From an uncultured Clostridia bacterium (GTDB lineage Bacteria; Bacillota; Clostridia; Christensenellales; UBA1242), in the NCBI GenBank assembly GCA_937992055.1, contig CALKLQ010000004.1:9136-73135 (forward strand): DNA of 64,000 nucleotides. Reading direction: 5' to 3'. Within the stretch, counting starts at the first letter, position 1. Each line of letters begins with the position of its first letter. Below, in pieces: positions 19,843 to 28,412 of the stretch. Below the pieces are notes generated by a model. That model searched no databases. It was not told the DNA's origin and saw nothing but the letters and a program-made list of their open reading frames with translations. The position numbers and the translations under genes were made by a program.

Positions 19843-19935
19843 TGGCGGAGAGTGAGGGATTCGAACCCTCGTGTCAAATTTCTTCGACAAACGCATTTCG
19901 AGTGCGCCTCGTTATGACCACTTCGATAACTCTCC
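19843..19935 (-). tRNA. tRNA-Ser (anticodon CGA), CCA encoded
   Basis: The reverse complement folds as a cloverleaf. Acceptor stem GGAGAGT/ACTCTCC plus G-CCA, T-arm GAGGG-TTCGAAT-CCCTC, anticodon stem GCGCA/TGCGT with loop CTCGAAA, and a long variable arm (type II tRNA). Confidence 0.92.
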
Positions 19936-20172
19936 ATTTTTTTATTTTTTTATCTACCTTGTTTTTATCACGAAAAGATTTGAATTTTGCTTGGTAAAGT
20001 ATAAATCATTTTTTTAATAAATGCAAATATTCTTTTTTAATTTAACGATACGCTTTAAAATTTTATAAAAATTATTATAACCCCATTAGAAGTTTAATAA
20101 TATTCTAATACTTTTTAAATTAAGTGAATCTGAAGCAAATCACTTTTTTTGAAATGTTTATAATGATATTGT

Positions 20173-20460
20173 TTAATCAATTCTATTTAAAAGTTCAAAT
20201 ACATTATAAATTTTTTTATTCTTTTTTATCGCATAATCAAAGGCTATTTTTGTTCCGCTTTGGGGTTGATAGGAAGTAGTACTTTGTTTAAAATGCTTGC
20301 GCACTGGAGGTCTATATTTAGGGTCATAGTAAAAAAGGCAAACATCGCTATTGTCAATAATTTCTTTGTTTCGTTCAATATAGACATTTTTAGTTGCGTT
20401 ATCAATATCCCAAACACAATATACAAATTTACTTTTACTACTAAAATTAAATTTTGACAC
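20173..20460 (-). pseudogene. C-terminal fragment of a SLOG/DUF1273-like protein
   Basis: ERNKEIIDNSDVCLFYYD...QSGTKIAFDYAIKKNKKIYNV resembles the C-terminal half of YpsA/DUF1273-type SLOG proteins. The N-terminal Rossmann half is absent. The frame stays open about 30 codons upstream without a start codon (a GTG is used in the track). Confidence 0.4.
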
Positions 20461-20565
20461 ATTATTTAAAATTAATTTTTCAATAAAATGTTTTAGGACA
20501 CAAACTTTTGAAACTAGCGTAATAATTAGAGAATTAGAATAAAAGATCTAGTTCTCTTTTTTCAT

Positions 20566-20743
20566 TGGCTACTTTATGCCGTGAAAGGTACTTGACAAGA
20601 GAAGAAATGAAAACATAATATCAAAAGGCAGAGAAACGATAAACAAAGTGCGTAAGCATAAACATCGTTTCTCTGTCTTAACCAGCAAAAGAAAAACTCA
20701 TTTCAGAGACTCTTGTCAAGTACACCATGGAATAAATTAGCCA
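20566..20743. repeat. 178-bp long imperfect palindrome (MITE-like or structured element)
   Basis: Outer arms tggctactttatgccgtgaaaggtacttgacaagag / ctcttgtcaagtacaccatggaataaattagcca. Inner arms cagagaaacgat / atcgtttctctg. No ORF. Confidence 0.6.
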
Positions 20744-20755
20744 CCATATAACAGC

Positions 20756-20799
20756 AAAAAGCGAAAGTGTGTTATGCTCTGCCAACACTTTCGCTTTTT
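20756..20799. terminator. bidirectional rho-independent terminator
   Basis: aaaaagcgaaagtgt ..14-nt loop.. acactttcgcttttt: 15-bp perfect stem flanked by A and T runs. Confidence 0.7.
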
Positions 20800-20819
20800 G
20801 TTTGCTTTATTTAGTTTAT

Positions 20820-20879
20820 AGGCGTGTGCTTGTCTGTTCGAGCAAAGCGAGAACACTTGTATATGACAAGCACACGTCT
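20820..20879. other. 15-bp-stem hairpin immediately downstream of the minus-strand gene ending at 20894
   Basis: aggcgtgtgcttgtc ..30 nt.. gacaagcacacgtct. Confidence 0.5.
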
Positions 20880-20893
20880 AAGTGCCAAATTCC

Positions 20894-21316
20894 TTATTTA
20901 CATAATGTATCTTCTTCATTAGAAGATTGAATTCTTGATTTTTCGGTTTCTTTCAATATTGCAAGATAAGCATCAGCAGTATCATATAATCTATATCCAG
21001 TTAATTTATGATACATTATAGGGGCGTGCTTTCTTATTTTTTTATCTTTTTCATATAAACTTTTAATGTGTTCTAAACTTTCAAGACTTGTTGGAAAAAT
21101 GTGATAATATCGTCCATTTTGTTTCCCATTAATATAATTAGCGACTTTGGAAGCTTCAACGCTATTTTTGAAATATATATTCATTCTAAATTTTCTAGGA
21201 ATATAGAATAATGAGGAATCAGTCTTTGCTAAAATATCATTTATCCACTTACATTCTGATTCATCTGTCATAAAATATATTCCATATACTTTTGTTAAAT
21301 TGCTTTTTTGTTCCAT
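20894..21316 (-). CDS. hypothetical 140-aa protein
   Basis: ORF with AAAGAGAG upstream of the ATG. No family recognised. Confidence 0.5.
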   Translation of the reverse strand: MEQKSNLTKVYGIYFMTDESECKWINDILAKTDSSLFYIPRKFRMNIYFKNSVEASKVANYINGKQNGRYYHIFPTSLESLEHIKSLYEKDKKIRKHAPIMYHKLTGYRLYDTADAYLAILKETEKSRIQSSNEEDTLCK

Positions 21317-21629
21317 ATACTCTCTTTAAATGTATTAACAATATATCAAATTTTAATTATAATTACAACCCCTAATTTAAAAATTAAATAAAAAAAGGCA
21401 AATCAGAATAAGATCTACCTTTAATATCATTACACTAGTTTTAAAAGTTAGCAACCTAGCATGGTTTTTTTTTCTAGATTAATATTAAAGAAATTGTGCC
21501 CTATAACAGCAATACAGAACATGATACACCTTATATTTAAATAATAAAAAGCATTATGAATACTATCATACATAATATTAGCACGTTTTATGTATTATTG
21601 TACTCATTTTGACAAAATTTTAAAATTTT

Positions 21630-21814
21630 TATGTGTATCACTTACATAGTTTGCACAAACTTTTGGATATACTTATAAAGTGAAAAAGTTGCAAATATAA
21701 AATTAATGAAAATTCTCTTGTTGATGTATAAAAACACTTTAAAAAACTATATTTATGTGTGATAGTATGCAAAATAGAGTTTTATAAGAAAAGTTTATGT
21801 ATGTCAGTCACATA
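21630..21814. promoter_or_regulatory. three related operator-like sites upstream of the XRE gene pair
   Basis: TATGTgtatcacttACATA (21630-21648), TATGTgtgatagtatgca (about 21754-21771) and TATGTatgtcagtcACATA (21796-21814). Sites 1 and 3 are each followed by g-N1-3-gca. Confidence 0.45.
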
Positions 21815-21857
21815 GCAAATAAATATTTTAGTTTATAATTATACTAGAGGTTTTAGC

Positions 21858-22162
21858 ATGGAGTATAAGGAAATTTTGGCTCGATTAAGTTATGTGAGAA
21901 TAGCGTTAACTTATCTGCAAGAGAACTGAGTTTAAGAATTGGAATGAGTGATCAATATATTTCTCAGGTTGAGAGTGGAAGAATTTCTTTAAGTATAAAA
22001 AAGTTATTAATGATTCTTAAAACTTGCAATTTCTCGATAAATAGATTTTTTAGCGAAGATTACAAAAGTGATGTCGATTCTGAATTGGACAAGACCATTA
22101 AAAATCTTTCGCCAGAAAAAAAGAAATTTTTGATGGGGCTATTAAGCGGGGATAGATTTTGA
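21858..22162 (+). pseudogene. XRE-family HTH gene, frameshifted paralogue of the next gene
   Basis: MEYKEILARLSYVRIA runs in one frame, then NLSARELSLRIGMSDQYISQVESGRISLSIKKLLMILKTCNFSINRFF in another. Joined, it parallels MNIKEVLLRLEYVRNQANLSARELSLRLGMSEQYFAQVIRGRIMLNVEKLLQILDICNFSVQRFF. A single-base shift lies near 21905. Confidence 0.6.
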
Positions 22163-22176
22163 TTTTTGGAGTTATT

Positions 22177-22605
22177 ATGAATATTAAGGAAGTTTTATTG
22201 AGATTAGAATATGTTAGAAACCAAGCAAACTTGTCAGCAAGAGAATTAAGTTTGCGTCTAGGCATGAGCGAACAATATTTTGCTCAAGTTATAAGAGGAA
22301 GAATAATGCTAAATGTTGAAAAACTATTACAAATTTTAGATATTTGTAATTTTTCAGTGCAAAGATTTTTTAGTAAAGATATTGATAGTTATGTTATTGA
22401 TAATGAGGTCGAAGAGTTGGTGAACTCTCTTTCTAAAGATAAAAAGAAAAATCTTATAGAGTTATTGGCAATAAAAAATAAAGTCAGATTTAAGATGTCT
22501 GACTTTTTTTTTGTTTTATTTAAAATATTCAACCTCGCTGAAGGAAAAGCATCCGTCTATTCCTACCGTGATATGGTCTACAAGTTCAATCCCAAAAGAG
22601 TTTAA
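22177..22605 (+). CDS. XRE-family HTH protein
   Basis: HTH core as above. ATG at 22177 follows TGGAG. The ORF reads through the terminator hairpin at about 22475-22510 into the radC 3' end, so the true C-terminus is uncertain. Confidence 0.65.
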   Translation: MNIKEVLLRLEYVRNQANLSARELSLRLGMSEQYFAQVIRGRIMLNVEKLLQILDICNFSVQRFFSKDIDSYVIDNEVEELVNSLSKDKKKNLIELLAIKNKVRFKMSDFFFVLFKIFNLAEGKASVYSYRDMVYKFNPKRV

Positions 22606-23193
22606 CCACTTAAATATGTTCGTGGTGCATATATCATCATTTCTTGATGGCTCGCAAGATGCTTTTGGATGGTTATGGCAAATTACAACCCTTGTCACGT
22701 TATTAAGTACACAAAAATCTGAAATATCCTTCTTTTCAATTTCTACCTGGTTAGACTTGCCAACTGCGATCTTTTTTATGCACTTGATATCATTATCTTT
22801 GCTTAATCCAACCGCATAGAATTCTTCATGACTTTTACCCGTCATAAAACTTTTGAAAAAATCGACAATTTCTTGAGTTGTTTTTAATGATTTTGTTTTA
22901 TATGCCTTGTTGGTTCTAACATAGTCCGCTATGTGCCTAATAAACGAAATTTCTTTAGCTGATGCCATGGATAAATTTCCTTCACGCATAAGGTCGAGGT
23001 AATGTGCATCCAAGATTTCTTGATAGGAACCAAATTTTTCCAAAAGATTTGATGCTATCATTTCTAAATCAGCCTTTTTATGAATGACATAGGATAGCAT
23101 AAAAATGGTTGCCTCTTTTTCCGTCAGTGAATAGACACCTTTTTGATATATTTTATCTTGAATGTTCTTCAATAAATATTTTTCGTCAATCAT
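22516..23193 (-). CDS. radC: RadC-family JAB/MPN domain protein
   Basis: JAMM-like motif ICHNHPKASCEPSRNDD. 225 aa. Confidence 0.85.
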   Translation of the reverse strand: MIDEKYLLKNIQDKIYQKGVYSLTEKEATIFMLSYVIHKKADLEMIASNLLEKFGSYQEILDAHYLDLMREGNLSMASAKEISFIRHIADYVRTNKAYKTKSLKTTQEIVDFFKSFMTGKSHEEFYAVGLSKDNDIKCIKKIAVGKSNQVEIEKKDISDFCVLNNVTRVVICHNHPKASCEPSRNDDICTTNIFKWLNSFGIELVDHITVGIDGCFSFSEVEYFK

Positions 23194-23432
23194 GCTATAA
23201 AAATATCAAAAAAAACAAAAAACATCAAATATTTTGCTAAAAAAAAAATGTTTAATTTCTTAAAAAGATTATTAAAAGAATTTTTAGTTTTAATTGAATT
23301 TGTATATATTTAACGTTTAAAAAATTAAATGATGATTAAATATTTAATTTTAGTTTTAATTATTAATTGTGTGGTTGTAATATTATAAAATTTGGTTATA
23401 AAACTTTAATTTTTACTTAATTTAAATTTTTA

Positions 23433-23600
23433 TCATTCTTTGTCAGTAAGGCGCTGGACAACTATTGTTCCTAGTGAGGATACTACCTGTGATAGAACAA
23501 TTTTAATTTGATTGATTTCCTTGATTGATTTATTTTTGGCTATCTCGGTTGCAAATGCTGTTGCCAAAAGCGTGACCTGTTCTGCTGAGAGTTCTTCCAT
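23433..23600 (-). CDS. small 55-aa protein below the ORF-track cutoff
   Basis: My translation is MEELSAEQVTLLATAFATEIAKNKSIKEINQIKIVLSQVVSSLGTIVVQRLTDKE*. It resembles small two-helix proteins common in Clostridia (..LA.A.A..IA.....E.N.....L..V...L..I..Q). Recalled from memory. Confidence 0.45.
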   Translation of the reverse strand: MEELSAEQVTLLATAFATEIAKNKSIKEINQIKIVLSQVVSSLGTIVVQRLTDKE

Positions 23601-23771
23601 ATTAAAAATATATGTTGCAAGATAATTTTTTTGTTTTTAATTGCCAAAAAAAGTGATATAATTATCTTTGATAAATAATTTCGCTATTTTATTCGCTTGC
23701 TATAAATAATAAATATTTACATAGTATTGGCATGGTTAATTCAAGTTCGTACATTAAGTTTAGGAGGAAAA

Positions 23772-24965
23772 ATGAATCCAAAAGTTTCTACCTGGTTTTT
23801 AAAGGGAGTTTCACATTTTTTAAATTTGAAGCCGGCTCCCATGATTGAGGGAAGTGGTTGTGTTAAGAGGATAGCAAACTATTGCATTATTAATAAATAT
23901 AAAAAGGCATTAGTGGTCACCTCAAAAACCTTGCTGGAGCTTGGCTCATTACAAGCATTTTTTGAGTCGCTTAAAAGAAATGGAATAGAAAGCATTGTTT
24001 ATGACAATATAGCTGGTGAGCCAAATTTTGTGCTAGCAAAAAGCATTATAGATTTTTCCAAAGACTTTGAGCCAGATGTTGTGATTGCAATTGGTGGAGG
24101 TTCTGTATTAGACGTTTCCAAGCTTGTTTCCGCTGGACTTGCAGATTTGAACAAACCGCTAGAAAAGTTTTCTGGTTTGCTTAAGGTGAGAAAAAGGCTT
24201 CCTTTGATAGCGGTCCCTACTACCGCTGGAACTGGCTCTGAAACCACCTTTATTTCTGTTATTACGGACGCACAAGGAATAAAGCGAACAATTGTTTCTC
24301 CAAAAATCATTCCAAACCTTGCCGTTTTAGATGGGGAATTGACAGTATCATTGCCAAAGGAATTGACGGCATCTACCGGAATAGATGCACTTTCCCATGC
24401 AGTGGAGTCCTATCTTTCAACATGCACAAAAAAAGCTCATGACTTTTATGCTCCAACCGCCATAAACATGATTTTTAATAATTTAAAAAATAGTTATGAC
24501 AATCCTGAAGATTTAAACTTTAGAAATAAAATGCTAAAGGCCAGCTATCTTGCCGGAGTTTCCATGAATAACGAAATGGTAGGATATGCCCATGCCTTTG
24601 CACATCAGTTGGGTGCGCTATATCACATTCCACATGGCAATGCTATTGCAATGACCTTGGTAAAAGTTTTGCAGTTTCAGCAAGAAAGCGCCACAAAAAA
24701 ATTGGCTGAGCTTGCCATTTACTGTGGATTTTCTAAAGAGGGTGAGAGTGAACAAAGAAGTGCCAATATATTTATTGAAAAAGTGGATGAGCTTATCACA
24801 TCTTTAAATTTAAAACAAAATTGTAAGCAGCTAAAAAGCGAGGATTATGAATTTATTATACAAAACGCCTTTTATGAAACAGCAAGAAGATATCCAGTGA
24901 GCAGATTTATGACCCATGACGAAGCGGTTGCCTTTTTAGATTCGATCAAGGGGGAAGAGGCTTGA
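23772..24965 (+). CDS. iron-containing (group III) alcohol dehydrogenase
   Basis: GGGSVLDVSK glycine motif and metal-binding histidines AHAFAHQLGALYHIPHGNA. ATG at 23772 follows AGGAGG. Confidence 0.9.
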   Translation: MNPKVSTWFLKGVSHFLNLKPAPMIEGSGCVKRIANYCIINKYKKALVVTSKTLLELGSLQAFFESLKRNGIESIVYDNIAGEPNFVLAKSIIDFSKDFEPDVVIAIGGGSVLDVSKLVSAGLADLNKPLEKFSGLLKVRKRLPLIAVPTTAGTGSETTFISVITDAQGIKRTIVSPKIIPNLAVLDGELTVSLPKELTASTGIDALSHAVESYLSTCTKKAHDFYAPTAINMIFNNLKNSYDNPEDLNFRNKMLKASYLAGVSMNNEMVGYAHAFAHQLGALYHIPHGNAIAMTLVKVLQFQQESATKKLAELAIYCGFSKEGESEQRSANIFIEKVDELITSLNLKQNCKQLKSEDYEFIIQNAFYETARRYPVSRFMTHDEAVAFLDSIKGEEA

Positions 24966-25399
24966 GAGCGATATTACAAAGGGTAAACTTTGCCAGTTTA
25001 AAGGTAAATGAAAGGCTTGTTAGTAAAATAGAAAATGGACTTTTAATATATTTAGGTATAAGTGTAAATGATGACCAAACCAAAATTGCTCAGCTTGCAA
25101 AAAAGATTTTGAACTTAAGAATTTTTAAAGACCAAAATGACAAGATGAATTATTCAGTTTTGGATGTAAAAGGTGAAATTATGTTGGTAAGCAATTTCAC
25201 TCTATATGCTGATGCCACAAGAGGTAATCGACCTAATTTTGCTGGCGCAATGGATAGCCTAAATGCCCTTGTTTTGTATAACAATCTGGTTGATGAACTT
25301 AGAAAGTTCAACATTAATGTTGTAACAGGTGAGTTTGGAAAGCACATGCATATAGATGTGCAAAACGATGGCCCTGTCAATATTATATTGGAAATATAA
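24962..25399 (+). CDS. dtd: D-aminoacyl-tRNA deacylase
   Basis: MRAILQRV start, VSNFTLYADATRGNRPNF and NDGPVN motifs parallel to E. coli Dtd. TTG start overlaps the ADH stop. Confidence 0.92.
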   Translation: MRAILQRVNFASLKVNERLVSKIENGLLIYLGISVNDDQTKIAQLAKKILNLRIFKDQNDKMNYSVLDVKGEIMLVSNFTLYADATRGNRPNFAGAMDSLNALVLYNNLVDELRKFNINVVTGEFGKHMHIDVQNDGPVNIILEI

Positions 25400-25813
25400 T
25401 AGGATATTTTAAAAGCAATCTAAAATTTGGGACCGTTTAAAAATAAATGTATGTTTAATTTTGTACACTGATGTGCTTAATATTATTTGATGATTTATTT
25501 AATTTAACTTTAGAAAGTTCAAAATTTTTTAGATAACGGTTTGTTGTGAATTTAAATAGGATAATTCAAAAAAATAAGTGGTAAAATAAACACTTATTTT
25601 TTTAAACTTTTTTTCAATTGTTTTATTTTAATATTTTTGTCAATCAAAATAAAAGGCTTGAAATAGTGAAAAATAAGAAAAATTGTTGAATTTATTTGTT
25701 ACATTAAAATTAACTATTCTATGTCGTAAAAGTCCTATAGAGCTTTATATTTATGAGTTTTAACCAAATTTAGTTCTTAAACCTACCTTGAGTTTTTTTC
25801 ATATATAAAAGAT

Positions 25814-26698
25814 ATGAGGGATTATTTAAAAAATATAGAAAAAAATTGTGTGTATTTTAATAGTAACGAAGACATGGCTAGGCATTGTACTTTTAAGTGT
25901 GGCGGACGGGCAAAGTTTTTTTGTGTGCCAAAAAATTTAAGAAGTTTTATAAAAGTATTAAGATATTGCAATCTTGAAGGTTTAAAGGTTTTTGTTTTAG
26001 GAAATGGCAGTAACACACTTTTTAAAGACTTTAACGGAATTGTTATTTCAACACAAAATTTAGATAAAATTAAAATCAAAAACAAGGTTTTGGCACAGTG
26101 TGGGGTAGAGTTTTCCAAATTGTCGCAACTTTGTTTAAAGAACTCTCTTACAGGTTTTGAGTTTGCTACCGGCATCCCAGCCTCTGTTGGAGGTGGGGTT
26201 TATAATAATGCGGGAGCTTTTGGTGGTGAAATAAGTCAAATTATAGATAAGGTTAGGCTTTTTGATGGTAAAAAATGTTTTTGGTTAAACAGAGAGGAAA
26301 TGGACTTTGGATATAGAAAGAGTATTGTTCAAAAGGATGGACTTTATGTTCTAGAAGTGGTTTTTTGTTTAGAAAAGGGAGATAATAAAAAAATTCAGGC
26401 AACAATGTTAGATATTTTACAAAAACGTAAGGCTAAACAACCACTAAACTTTCCAAGTGCGGGAAGTGTTTTTAAACGCCAAGGTGAAATTATTCCGGCA
26501 AAAGTGATTGACAAGTTGGGTTTAAAAGGTTTTAATATAAATGATGCGCAGATAAGCGAAAAACACGCAGGCTTTATTATCAATAAAAAAAATGCTAGTG
26601 TTTATGATATTGAAAAATTAATAGAGCTTACAAAACAAAAGGTTTTTGAAAAAGAGGGCATAATATTAGAGCAGGAAATAGAAATTGTTGGAGATTAG
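25814..26698 (+). CDS. murB: UDP-N-acetylenolpyruvoylglucosamine reductase
   Basis: FAD-binding domain motifs FKCGGRAKFF and GNGSNTLF, plus the C-terminal SAGSVFKRQ motif. Confidence 0.92.
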   Translation: MRDYLKNIEKNCVYFNSNEDMARHCTFKCGGRAKFFCVPKNLRSFIKVLRYCNLEGLKVFVLGNGSNTLFKDFNGIVISTQNLDKIKIKNKVLAQCGVEFSKLSQLCLKNSLTGFEFATGIPASVGGGVYNNAGAFGGEISQIIDKVRLFDGKKCFWLNREEMDFGYRKSIVQKDGLYVLEVVFCLEKGDNKKIQATMLDILQKRKAKQPLNFPSAGSVFKRQGEIIPAKVIDKLGLKGFNINDAQISEKHAGFIINKKNASVYDIEKLIELTKQKVFEKEGIILEQEIEIVGD

Positions 26699-26701
26699 AA
26701 T

Positions 26702-27448
26702 ATGATTTTATTTGGTGATTATCACACTCACACACCCTATAGCCATGGAAAGGGGACTATTTTAGAAAACGCAATTGTTGCCAAACAAAAGGGTCTTAAA
26801 GAGATTGCAATTACCGATCATGGATTTGGGCATCTTGCTTGTGGCATGAAGTTTAAAGACCTTGAAAAAATGAGGGATGAAATTGAAATTGCCAAGCAAA
26901 AGACGGGCATTAACATTTTGCTTGGAGTTGAGGCAAATCTGATTTCTTTGGATGGGAGTATTGATTTGAGCAAAGAACAAATCAAACTTTTTGACATAAT
27001 TTTGATGGGACATCATTATAGCGCAAAGCCCAAAACCTTGCCTGATTTTTTTTCCTTGATGCTTGGGAATATAACCCCTTTTGTTAAGGATAGTAAAACG
27101 CAAATACAAAAAAACACGGAAGCAATTATGCGTGCAATTGACAAAAATCCTATTGATATTCTCACACATATGGGTTATGGAATGAGGGTTGACTTTTTAA
27201 AGATTGCAAGGCAGGCAAAACAGGCTGGAATCTATATTGAGCTTAATGGAAAAAGAATTAACTTTTCCCAAGAGGTGTTTTGCCAAATGGCGGAAGAAAA
27301 AGTTAACTTTGTTGTAGATTCAGATGCTCATAAAAGCGAAAATGTTGGCGAATGTAACAGGGCGATGAATATGATTTTGAAAAATAACATTGACCTTGAA
27401 CTTGTTGGCAATGTGGACAAGCTGTTAAAATTGAAGAGGGAAAGATGA
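26702..27448 (+). CDS. PHP-domain (histidinol-phosphatase-like) metal-dependent phosphoesterase
   Basis: GDYHTHTPYSHG N-terminal motif, with later ITDHGFGH, MGHH, LTHMG and VDSDAH ligand-like motifs. Confidence 0.8.
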   Translation: MILFGDYHTHTPYSHGKGTILENAIVAKQKGLKEIAITDHGFGHLACGMKFKDLEKMRDEIEIAKQKTGINILLGVEANLISLDGSIDLSKEQIKLFDIILMGHHYSAKPKTLPDFFSLMLGNITPFVKDSKTQIQKNTEAIMRAIDKNPIDILTHMGYGMRVDFLKIARQAKQAGIYIELNGKRINFSQEVFCQMAEEKVNFVVDSDAHKSENVGECNRAMNMILKNNIDLELVGNVDKLLKLKRER

Positions 27449-28404
27449 GTTTTATAAAAGATGTTAAAGATGAAATTATTTCATTTAAAATTGAAAACGA
27501 TTGTTGTGCACTTGCCTTCATTGCGGGTGTTTTATACTCAAGTGCAAACATAAAACAAAAAGAGGACAATTTTGAAATTTCTTTTGTTTGCGACAACATG
27601 GAGCTTTTTCATTTTATTGATGACCTGGTTGAAAAGCATTATGGTTCGAGTTTAATAATTAAAAGGGATGACTCACCCCTTCTTAATAAGCAGGAGAGCT
27701 ATCTTGTAAGTTTCCCTGGATTGATTGCCAAACAAGTTCTTTTAGATTGCTTTTTGATTTCGCCTATAGATTTTAAAATTAAGGGTCGTGACAATTTTGA
27801 GGAGTTTTTAAAAGAGGAGTGTTGTGAAAGCAACTTTGTTAAGGGTGTGTTTTTGATGATTGCCACCTCTTCCATTAAATTGAGTGAAAAGGCCTATGAA
27901 AAATCTACTAGTGGCTATCATATGGAATTCACATCGCATGACTATAACTTTTTGAATAGTTTGTCTAAGGTGCTGGCAAACAAGGGAATTTTGGCGAAAC
28001 TGGTTGAGAGAAAAAAACAATTTGTGTTATACTTGAAGGAAGCTCAACTAATTTGCGATTTACTCACCTTTGTTCAGGCATACAATAGTGTGCTGGCGCT
28101 ACAAAATGAAATTGTGGCGCGGGAGATGCGAAATGCGGTCAATAGACAGACAAACTGCCTAAGCGCCAACATTTCAAAAACGGTGAGCGCAAATATGAAG
28201 CAACTTGAAGCAATTGATATTATAGACTCCACAATTGGAATAGAGGCGTTGCCTCAAGAACTTCAGGATGTGGTGCTATTAAGGCTCGCCAACACGGAAG
28301 AGAGTCTTAGCGAACTGGCTAGGCTTAATCCAAACCTTACAAAAAGTGGGCTTAATCATAGGTTTAGAAAGCTTATAAGCCTTGCAAACGAGCTTAAAGA
28401 TTAG
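27445..28404 (+). CDS. whiA: DNA-binding sporulation/cell-division regulator WhiA
   Basis: 319 aa. N-terminal and LAGLIDADG-like domains and a C-terminal HTH (SLSELARLNPNLTKSGLNHRFRKL). ATGA overlap with the PHP gene. Confidence 0.88.
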   Translation: MSFIKDVKDEIISFKIENDCCALAFIAGVLYSSANIKQKEDNFEISFVCDNMELFHFIDDLVEKHYGSSLIIKRDDSPLLNKQESYLVSFPGLIAKQVLLDCFLISPIDFKIKGRDNFEEFLKEECCESNFVKGVFLMIATSSIKLSEKAYEKSTSGYHMEFTSHDYNFLNSLSKVLANKGILAKLVERKKQFVLYLKEAQLICDLLTFVQAYNSVLALQNEIVAREMRNAVNRQTNCLSANISKTVSANMKQLEAIDIIDSTIGIEALPQELQDVVLLRLANTEESLSELARLNPNLTKSGLNHRFRKLISLANELKD

Positions 28405-28412
28405 GAGGAAAA

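Noticed and set aside
19806-19997. 63-aa plus-strand ORF from the track
   Set aside because: It is antisense to, and almost entirely composed of, the tRNA-Ser gene and its flank. It has a GTG start and no RBS.
22511-22819. 102-aa plus-strand ORF
   Set aside because: It is antisense to radC, which has a clear JAB motif.
23641-23662. Promoter TTGCCA ... TGaTATAAT upstream of the alcohol dehydrogenase gene
   Set aside because: The -10 element is good, but the TTGCCA lies only 10 nt upstream. No acceptable -35 sits at 16-18 nt, so it is not reported as a feature.
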